Assembly (NCBI GenBank): GCA_964468755.1
Contig: CAYXWH010000001.1
Location: 15,148 to 79,147, forward strand
Origin: an uncultured Dehalococcoidaceae bacterium
GTDB taxonomy: Bacteria > Chloroflexota > Dehalococcoidia > Dehalococcoidales > RBG-16-60-22
Direction of reading: 5' to 3'
Length of the DNA: 64,000 nucleotides
Of the stretch, positions 18,245-25,546 are shown piece after piece. Position numbers and translations under genes: made by a program. The notes beneath the pieces are model-generated. The model had not been told where the DNA came from and did not search any database. It saw nothing but the letters and a program-made list of their open reading frames with translations. How positions within the stretch are numbered: the first letter of the stretch is position 1; each line of letters starts with the position of its first letter.

Positions 18245-20218
18245 TTAGAGACCGCTATGCAATTTGTAATTCTCTTCATAAGTAGTCGCATAGGGCGGAC
18301 GCAGCCAGAAATCAAGGGGTCGCTCACCTACCCTTACCTTGCCGTTTTCCAGCTTGATGGTGACAAACTTCTGCCATTCCGGCGGGTCAACCTCGGGGTA
18401 GTCCAGACGCCAGAAGTCCAGCGGCTCGCTGCTTGCCTGCCGCGCCAGTGATGCGTTCATGATTAGCTCACCTACGGTGAGTCGTACCATTGTCTCCAGG
18501 AAGCGCGCCAGCTCATGCGGGTTGCGGACATAGACCCGCTCCGTCTCGCTCCCCCGGATACTGTTCAGCCACCACAGCCCCATCTTGAGGATTTCCTCGC
18601 TCTTGTACTTACCACAGTAGTCCTGCATGATGCGGGCAATCCCCCCGTGCAACTCCTTCCAGCCGATATCGCCCTTGCGGCCGACGGGAGCATAGACCCG
18701 GGTTTTTTCATTATCCACCTGCGTGCGGTCGATAACGGGGTCTCCGGCTTCCTTTGCGTAGGCAGCCGCCTTTCTGCCAGTATACCTGCCGGTGGCAGCC
18801 CCCCCGGCATGACCACCACCACCGGCGGTCTGGGCTCCGGCGGCATATAAACCTTCGAGCGTCGTCCTCATATCCCAGTCGACCAGCAGTCCGCCGCCGC
18901 CGATAAAGGCGGTCGCCCGCCACTGCGGCGCCGAGGCGAGACTACTTTTGTGGTCCCACCAGGGTATGAACTCTCCGGCTAATTGCGGGGGCAGGACATT
19001 TGCCTGGAGCATATCCTTGTCCGGGTCAAATCCCGCCCGGGTATATGTCTCATATATGCCAATGCGGGTCTTGCCCTCGTTGCCCACCATTAAACCGAAC
19101 AGTGCCCTCCGTTCATGCTCCGGCATACTGGGCAAATCAGCATACAGGGGGAGCTTGTATTCCCCCTTCGCGATGCGCTCGGCAAGGTCAGGTATAAGCC
19201 GGGCTCCGTCACCAAAGGGACCACCTTGCCCCAAACGGGTCCGTTCTTCAACCGTCTTCAGCACATTACCATTACCATCGACCCAGGGGACTTCTTTGCC
19301 GTCGGCGTCAACTATGTTGCAGGCGAACCAGGTGTTGTGCGCATTGCCGGTGCCGTAGGCCGGATAGCGGAACGGGCCGGCTGACTCCTGGCTCCGCTCC
19401 ATCATGGTCAGCTCGGCGCCGGCCAGCCACCCCATGGCGTCACCGTCGCCGGCGAGGTTCGGGTCATCATGCTCAACATTTGACCCCACCAGCTCGGTGT
19501 TGAATATCCAGATGCGCAGCGGCTGGGCGGTGGCGAGGATGGTAGCTTTCGCCTTGAAGATATAGAACTCGCCGGTCCTGATATTCACCCCGGTGGCGCC
19601 GACTATCCTGCCCCCCTGTTTACCCCCCTCGTTGAGCAGTCCGGTCACCATGATATGCTCCCGGAGTTCTACGCCCAGTCGTTTCAGCTCGTTATACATG
19701 ATGGGCTTGACATCGGCTCCCATGACACGGATAACCGAGCGGTCATTCACATAGTCATAGGCAAACATGAGCCTGGTCTCTTCATCCCGGAATGGGGCGC
19801 CAACAAATACATCATCGACATCTCTAATTTTCATCCCCATCTGTTCCAGGTCAAGGAGGGCATCATAACTTTCCTTGTGCACGATGTAGGTAAGATGCCC
19901 CATGGAATATCTACCGGTAAAAGGTCCCTCTCCACGCTGCTTCATCACGTCTTCCGGGGTTATCTTCGAGCACGGGTTGGTAACCGCTCCATGCCAGTGG
20001 TCAACGCCGGCTCCCCCCGAGCCGCTCCGGTAGATTGAAGCCTTGTCGACTACCGCAACCTTTACCCCTCTTTTCGCGGCATTGATAGCGGCATGGCACC
20101 CAGCAACACCACCACCGATGATGAGGACATCAGCGCTGACCTCGGTCTCCTTACCGTAATTGACTGGATAGGGCCATTTCAAGGTATGTCTTCCTACTGG
20201 TTCCTGATAGCTCGACAA
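18245..20218 (-). CDS. AprA-like FAD flavoprotein, copy 2 (paired with AprB-like 17854-18204)
   Basis: 657 aa when started at the TTG at 20218, which is homologous to the copy-1 start and preceded by AAGGAGG. Nucleotide identity to copy 1 is roughly 90-95% (estimated by eye). Confidence 0.7.
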   Translation of the reverse strand: MSSYQEPVGRHTLKWPYPVNYGKETEVSADVLIIGGGVAGCHAAINAAKRGVKVAVVDKASIYRSGSGGAGVDHWHGAVTNPCSKITPEDVMKQRGEGPFTGRYSMGHLTYIVHKESYDALLDLEQMGMKIRDVDDVFVGAPFRDEETRLMFAYDYVNDRSVIRVMGADVKPIMYNELKRLGVELREHIMVTGLLNEGGKQGGRIVGATGVNIRTGEFYIFKAKATILATAQPLRIWIFNTELVGSNVEHDDPNLAGDGDAMGWLAGAELTMMERSQESAGPFRYPAYGTGNAHNTWFACNIVDADGKEVPWVDGNGNVLKTVEERTRLGQGGPFGDGARLIPDLAERIAKGEYKLPLYADLPSMPEHERRALFGLMVGNEGKTRIGIYETYTRAGFDPDKDMLQANVLPPQLAGEFIPWWDHKSSLASAPQWRATAFIGGGGLLVDWDMRTTLEGLYAAGAQTAGGGGHAGGAATGRYTGRKAAAYAKEAGDPVIDRTQVDNEKTRVYAPVGRKGDIGWKELHGGIARIMQDYCGKYKSEEILKMGLWWLNSIRGSETERVYVRNPHELARFLETMVRLTVGELIMNASLARQASSEPLDFWRLDYPEVDPPEWQKFVTIKLENGKVRVGERPLDFWLRPPYATTYEENYKLHSGL

Positions 20219-20407
20219 TTCCTTCCTCCTTGAACACATTAAGATTAGTATCCTGAACGGCTATACACCGGCAGCCGTTGTCTACCAATTTTCTTAAATG
20301 TTTAATATATTTATGTGGAGGATTGTCTCATTACTTTAGCTAGAAATGATTTCTGTACGGATTATCTATAATACCACCGGCGAATGTCAACAGTCCAGTA
20401 GTGAACA

Positions 20408-20436
20408 TTGACAAATCGTGCACGACATGATAATAT
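20408..20436 (+). promoter_or_regulatory. sigma70-type promoter TTGACA-17-TAATAT abutting the Lrp start codon
   Basis: The -35 is at 20408-20413 and the -10 at 20431-20436. The ATG at 20446 lies 10 nt after the -10 with no SD. Confidence 0.5.
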
Positions 20437-20445
20437 TCAGTCGAA

Positions 20446-20877
20446 ATGACCGTTGATGAACTGGACAAAATATTAATAAAACTCCTCTCGGAAAACGCAA
20501 GACAGAGCAGCTATCAACTCGCCAAACAAGTGAACGTAAGCCCCAGCACTATAAGGAGAAGGATAAGGGAGCTTATTAAAAACGGCATCATCCGCACCAC
20601 CCTCACCATTGATTATGCGTCACTTGGTCTCCCCCTGGCAGCCCATATTGCATTGAATGTAAACCACGAGCAACTGGAGTCCGTCTGGGAAGCACTGCGG
20701 AAACTTCCCAATATAAAGCACGTTTCAATTACTGCCGGCAGATTTGATGTAATGGGAATGGTCCGGGTTTCATCCACGGAAGAGCTCTTAAAATTTGTCC
20801 AAAAGCAGATTACCCAGATACCCGGCGTGGAGAAGTGTGAAACGTTCATTTGCTTGCGTATGGAAAGGGCAACCTGA
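20446..20877 (+). CDS. Lrp/AsnC family transcriptional regulator
   Basis: 143 aa with an N-terminal HTH (LDKILIKLLSENARQSSYQLAKQVNVSPSTIRRRIRELI) and a C-terminal AsnC-type ligand domain. Confidence 0.85.
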   Translation: MTVDELDKILIKLLSENARQSSYQLAKQVNVSPSTIRRRIRELIKNGIIRTTLTIDYASLGLPLAAHIALNVNHEQLESVWEALRKLPNIKHVSITAGRFDVMGMVRVSSTEELLKFVQKQITQIPGVEKCETFICLRMERAT

Positions 20878-21174
20878 TATTATATAGATAATAATCCCGG
20901 TAAAAATCATCATGAATGCTTGTGTCCTAGCAATGGGCCATAAATAAACAATCTGGATAAAGCCAGGATCAGTGACAATCACCAGTAGAAAACGAGAGTG
21001 ACTATCAGCTACCCAAAACGAGCCTAATACACCTAATACGAGGTCAAGTGGAGGGAGTCTGTTGGGGTTTACCTCACCGGAGCGGTTGTTCGCACTACCA
21101 CCGGAGCAGAAGGGGGTGATGCCAGCAACACGTTGACTTAAATTGGCGCGATAATTTTATGTAAGGAGGGTACT

Positions 21175-21939
21175 ATGGCTGATTTATTTGATTTGACAGG
21201 AAAGGTTGCTGTCGTCACCGGTGGTGCGGGTGGCATCGGGTATGCTATCACGCTCGGGCTTGCTGATGCCGGTGCCGATGTGGTTGTCGCCAGTCGTAAG
21301 CTGGAGCACCTGAAGCCAGTGACCGAGGAGATTCGCAAAAAGGGCAGAAAATCACTGGCAGTCAGTGTCGACGTCGTTGATGAGAAGTCGACAAGCGATA
21401 TGGTAAAGAAGGTGATTGACGAGTTCAAGCGCATTGACATTCTGGTAACAGCCCACGGCCTCGCCATCCGGAACCCGGCTGATACTTTCTCGGTTGAAGA
21501 CTGGCAAAAAGTAATGGATATCAATGCACGCGGTGTTTTCATGACCAACCAGGCAGTGGGCCGGGAGATGATCAAGCAGAAAAGCGGCAAGATTATCAAC
21601 CTGTCTTCGGTGAGGGGCAGATATGGGCTCCCCAATGGCTATGTGGCTTATTGCCCCAGCAAAGGTGCTGTCGATATGCTAACGAGAACGCTTGCGTGTG
21701 AGTGGGCCAAATATAATGTTCTGGTAAATGCAGTCGCTCCAACTTTTGTAGAAACCGAGCTTACCCGGACTGCTCTTGCTAATCCCGAGTTTGCCGCTCA
21801 GGTTAAGGCTCGTATTCCGCTGGGCCGCTGGGCGTTGCCTGAGGATATTGTTGGCCCCACCCTGTTTTTCGCCTCGCCAGCATCGGATTTTGTTACCGGG
21901 CAAGTTCTCTACATTGATGGTGGTGTGACCACCTGGTAG
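21175..21939 (+). CDS. SDR family oxidoreductase (candidate phloroglucinol-reductase-type enzyme)
   Basis: 254 aa with TGGAGGIG, catalytic S...YCPSK and an AGGAGG RBS. It is the first gene of a 4-gene string. Confidence 0.8.
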   Translation: MADLFDLTGKVAVVTGGAGGIGYAITLGLADAGADVVVASRKLEHLKPVTEEIRKKGRKSLAVSVDVVDEKSTSDMVKKVIDEFKRIDILVTAHGLAIRNPADTFSVEDWQKVMDINARGVFMTNQAVGREMIKQKSGKIINLSSVRGRYGLPNGYVAYCPSKGAVDMLTRTLACEWAKYNVLVNAVAPTFVETELTRTALANPEFAAQVKARIPLGRWALPEDIVGPTLFFASPASDFVTGQVLYIDGGVTTW

Positions 21940-22000
21940 TAGCATAGTTAAAAAAGCAATAATTTTGCGGAACCTTTTACCACAAAAGGAGTAAGCGCAT

Positions 22001-22339
22001 ATGAAAAAGATAGCACTGGACCAGGTTAAGCCCTACGAGGCACCCGGACACTTTAAAATGGTTGCGCTCAGGTTAGCCGGAAAGGATGAGACCGGTTCCG
22101 AGAAATTCTGGATGGGCATGTCTCATTTCCTCCCCGGAGGCGGTGCCGAATGGGCTTATGAGGACTCACCCGCGGAGAAAGTGTACTTCGTCATTGACGG
22201 TGAAATCACGGTCAAGACCAAAGAGCAGGAAGTTACCGTCGGTCCCATGGAAGGGGTTTTTCTTCCGCCCAATGAGGGAAGAGAAATTCTTAATAAGACC
22301 AACAAGACGGTCAGTATGCTGGTAATAGTTAATTATTAG
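22001..22339 (+). CDS. small cupin domain protein
   Basis: 112 aa with single beta-barrel signatures (GHFKMVALRL...HFLPGGGAEWAYEDSPAEKVYFVIDGEITV). Confidence 0.6.
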   Translation: MKKIALDQVKPYEAPGHFKMVALRLAGKDETGSEKFWMGMSHFLPGGGAEWAYEDSPAEKVYFVIDGEITVKTKEQEVTVGPMEGVFLPPNEGREILNKTNKTVSMLVIVNY

Positions 22340-22659
22340 GATACTATCTTCGGTAGTCTGAGTGATTCGTTTGCCCATGGCTATGGGTAAAATCACTCGG
22401 ACTGCCGTAGGTGGGTTACAGGATGGTTACCCGGTCTTGTATGAGGGGCGGAGGAGCTGTTGTTTGGAGCCAACGGGATAGTGGACACCAAAATAGGCAG
22501 GGTTAGCATAGTGGGGTACCTGTTTCACCGGGGATGGGCCCGGTGCTTGTCAGATGCCAAGTAATCTGCTACCAGTGGAGAGAAAGGCATACAGTTTCCT
22601 TACACCTCATTGACACAGTAACTACTGAGACCAAAAAGGTATGGAAAGAGGGAGATAAC

Positions 22660-23610
22660 ATGCAAGCAAAGGACGTTACCAATATCTCGTTAATTGGTGC
22701 GGGCATGATAGCGCCTGGCGTTGCTCAGATATTCGCCACCGGCAACTACAATGTATGTATCTATGCCCGAAGACAGGAAGCACTGCCCACCGCTCTTGAC
22801 CGTATCAGGTCAAATCTCTCGACCATGGCCAAAAGTGGACTAGTCTCAGAAAATGACATTGAGCCAACGGTGAGCCGGATAAAAACGACCACCAATCTGG
22901 CTGAAGCGGCGACTGATGCTCATCTGGTTATCGAATGTATTGCCGAAAATCTGGAGGTAAAGCAGAATATCTTCCAACAGCTGGACCAACTTAGCCCGGC
23001 AGACGCCATTCTGGCAACCAACACCTCGGTAATCAGCATAACCCAGATTGCCGCCACGTCTAAAAACAGGCAGAGAATCCTGGGGACCCATTTCTGGAAC
23101 CCGCCTTACATGATTCCCCTGGTAGAAGTCGTCAAGGGAGATGAAACCTCTGACGAAGCCATGGAGATAACCTATCAGGTTATGAAGGCAGCGGGTAAAC
23201 ACCCGGTGAAGTGCCTGAAGGATGTCCCCGGATTTATCGCCAACCGAATGCAGCATGCCCTGTGGCGGGAAGCAATTTCCATCGTGGAAAACGGTATTTG
23301 TGACGCCGCCACTGTCGATGAAGCCCTCAAGAATAGCTTTGCTATCCGTCTCCCGGTCCTGGGACCAATTGAGACCGCGGATATGGTGGGGCTTGACCTG
23401 ACCCTATCCATCCACGATTACATTTTCAAGCACCTTGAATCCTCACGTGAAGCGTCCCCCCTTATCAAAGAGAAGGTGAAGAAGGGAGACCTGGGGTTCA
23501 AAACGGGTCAGGGTCTTCAGAAGTGGTCGCCTGAGGAGGCTCAGCAGTCACGCGACAGATTGCTGGAATACCTTATCGAATGGAGCAAGAGGACACAGGG
23601 TAAAGCCTAG
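22660..23610 (+). CDS. 3-hydroxyacyl-CoA dehydrogenase family protein (L-carnitine-dehydrogenase-like NAD-dependent 3-hydroxy acid dehydrogenase)
   Basis: The start is moved to ATG 22660, which follows GGGAGA. It has a Rossmann motif ISLIGAGMIAPGVA, the core NTSVISITQ...HFWNPPYMIPLVEVV, and GFIANRMQ. Confidence 0.8.
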   Translation: MQAKDVTNISLIGAGMIAPGVAQIFATGNYNVCIYARRQEALPTALDRIRSNLSTMAKSGLVSENDIEPTVSRIKTTTNLAEAATDAHLVIECIAENLEVKQNIFQQLDQLSPADAILATNTSVISITQIAATSKNRQRILGTHFWNPPYMIPLVEVVKGDETSDEAMEITYQVMKAAGKHPVKCLKDVPGFIANRMQHALWREAISIVENGICDAATVDEALKNSFAIRLPVLGPIETADMVGLDLTLSIHDYIFKHLESSREASPLIKEKVKKGDLGFKTGQGLQKWSPEEAQQSRDRLLEYLIEWSKRTQGKA

Positions 23611-23683
23611 CGCAGCTCTGGACAGCAATCCGGGCAACTCTTCGTTTAATTTAATAAAATCTAGGGTACTGGAGGAATAAATA

Positions 23684-24619
23684 ATGGATAAACTTATCAT
23701 CACGGCGGCATTAACGGGTAACATCACACTCCCCACCCAGACGCCCTATCTACCGCTGACACCCCAGCAAATTGCCGAGGAGGCGAAAAGGGCGGCTGAT
23801 GCCGGGGCGGCTTCGATACATGTTCATGGCAGAGACCCCAATACCGGAAGGCCGACCACCGACCCCGAAGTATACCGGGAAATCGCCACTCTGATCAAAG
23901 AAAAAACGGACGCCATTGTCTGCATCACCACCGGCGGCACCATGTACATGACCGCCGAGGAACGGGTGCGCGTTGTCCCCGCCCTCAAACCGGAGCTAGC
24001 CACGTTCAACATGGGTTCTATCAACTTCTCCATCCACCCCATTGCGGAACGGTACAAGGACGAGGATTACGTTTATCCCTGGGAGAAAGAATTCGCGGAG
24101 AGCACCAAGGAATTTATCTTCCGCAACACCTTCGCTGATATTGAGCACTTCTGCAAGACAATGCAGGAAAATGACACCAAGCCGGAGCACGAGTGCTATG
24201 ATGTCGGCCACCTCTACAATATGTACTACTTTGTCCGCAAGGGCTTAATCAAACCGCCTCTGTGGATGCAGTTTGTCACCGGCATTCTGGGAGGAATCGG
24301 CTCTAACCCGGAAACTGTCATGTTCCTGAAACAAACGGCTGACCGTTTGTTCGGCGTCGGCACCTATAACTGGTCGGTCATCGGCGCTGGCTACCCGGCA
24401 GAATTTAATGCATGTGCCCTATCAACAATGATGGGAGGACACGCTCGCGTCGGTCTGGAGGATAACATCTTCATTGAGAAAGGCGTCCTCGCCAAGAGCA
24501 ATGGCGAACTGGTCGAGAAGGCGGTGAGAATTGCCAGAGAACTCGGCCGTGAGATTGCCTCCCCTGACGAAGCCAGGCAAATCCTTGGCTTAAAAGGCAG
24601 GGACAAGGTCGGCTACTAG
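23684..24619 (+). CDS. beta-keto acid cleavage enzyme (BKACE / 3-keto-5-aminohexanoate cleavage enzyme family, DUF849)
   Basis: 311 aa. MDKLIITAALTGNITLPTQTPYLPLTPQQIAEEAKRAADAGAASIHVHGRDP is the canonical BKACE N-terminus. Confidence 0.8.
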   Translation: MDKLIITAALTGNITLPTQTPYLPLTPQQIAEEAKRAADAGAASIHVHGRDPNTGRPTTDPEVYREIATLIKEKTDAIVCITTGGTMYMTAEERVRVVPALKPELATFNMGSINFSIHPIAERYKDEDYVYPWEKEFAESTKEFIFRNTFADIEHFCKTMQENDTKPEHECYDVGHLYNMYYFVRKGLIKPPLWMQFVTGILGGIGSNPETVMFLKQTADRLFGVGTYNWSVIGAGYPAEFNACALSTMMGGHARVGLEDNIFIEKGVLAKSNGELVEKAVRIARELGREIASPDEARQILGLKGRDKVGY

Positions 24620-24647
24620 GCGAATAAGCCGGGCAACGTGGTGAACC

Positions 24648-25238
24648 TTATTCAGAATCCCGGCTTGGTGGGCTATCGTCCTTAGCAAATGACTTAAAAA
24701 AAGGCACTTCGCGGTATCTCCAATCCGCTGGCGGGGTTATCTGTGGCGGTGATTGCGTAAAATCAGCAATAACCTCAAAGTCATAAGCGGAGAAATATCG
24801 CAGAAGTGCCTTTTGTAATATACTTCTGACAATTATAAGTACGCTGGCCTCGGCTTCCAGAGCAAGTTTGACAGCCGGCATGAGCCCCCCGCCGGACAGT
24901 TCCACCGGACCAACTTCATCAATCACCACCAGATCACATTTATTGCCTGCCGCCTGCTCGATAGCCCGGCGGGCGAATTGAATTCCGTCGCGGCTAAAAG
25001 TATAGCGCCCGGCTATTTCCTCTTCACCGGATGGGCTGTCACCTGACTTCCGGGCAAAAGGCACCTCTTCGCCGGTTAACACATCAAGTACAGTATAGCC
25101 AGTCCGTACACCGTGCTCGCGTATCTCCGGAGAAATTACGCCGCCGACACTGAGCCCACAGCTCCGTAACCGGCTGATGTACTGCTGACACCAGGTGGTC
25201 TTGCCCGAACCCGGTTTACCGATAACAAGCATATTCAT
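24648..25238 (-). CDS. P-loop NTPase (THEP1/DUF2478-like)
   Basis: 196 aa with Walker A GKPGSGKTT and Walker B DLVVIDEVG. Confidence 0.6.
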   Translation of the reverse strand: MNMLVIGKPGSGKTTWCQQYISRLRSCGLSVGGVISPEIREHGVRTGYTVLDVLTGEEVPFARKSGDSPSGEEEIAGRYTFSRDGIQFARRAIEQAAGNKCDLVVIDEVGPVELSGGGLMPAVKLALEAEASVLIIVRSILQKALLRYFSAYDFEVIADFTQSPPQITPPADWRYREVPFFKSFAKDDSPPSRDSE

Positions 25239-25299
25239 GGCGATAAAATGTAACAGTTAATATTTACTCAAAGCTTTCTGTTTTGTCAACCATCCACTC

Positions 25300-25327
25300 T
25301 TGACAACTAACAATTGTGGTGTATAAT
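25300..25327 (+). promoter_or_regulatory. consensus sigma70 promoter TTGACA-16-TATAAT
   Basis: The -35 is at 25300-25305 and the -10 at 25322-25327. It implies a leader of about 220 nt before the SBP gene. Confidence 0.55.
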
Positions 25328-25546
25328 TCAGACAAAATCATGTGTTACTTTTCCCGGACTAAAGTCAAACCACCATTTACCATACACGACATCACCTATA
25401 GTATCACTGTAATCTGCGATATTAGATAGTCTACTATGCCAGATAGCTATCAACGAAGAGGCGTTCTCACCCTTGAAAGGAGGTGATATTCTGGCGAAGC
25501 AGTATACATGAAACTTTTCGTACAGCAATAACTATTAAAGGAAGGA

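Noticed and set aside
17854-18327. 157-aa version of the AprB-like ORF in the ORF track
   Set aside because: The extension overlaps the 3' end of the AprA-like gene. It has no counterpart in the identical second copy: identity between the copies stops right after the AGGAGG site that precedes the internal ATG at 18204/37384. The 116-aa product is the supported one.
21133-21160. TTGACT element upstream of the SDR operon as its promoter
   Set aside because: No acceptable -10 lies at 16-18 nt spacing (GATAAT is only 11-12 nt away), so I could not support a promoter call here.
22534-22659. 42-aa N-terminal extension of the hydroxyacyl dehydrogenase in the ORF track
   Set aside because: The extension (MGPVLVRCQVICYQWRERH...) has no homology to the family and no RBS. 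The ATG at 22660 follows GGGAGA and sits immediately before the Rossmann motif.
25361-25380. Shared GTCAAACCACCA element (both translating to KWWFD on the minus strand) here and at about 43916-43935, as a possible repeated regulatory motif
   Set aside because: Only about 12-13 nt match. Exact 12-mer repeats are expected by chance many times in 64 kb counting both strands, and the flanks are unrelated.
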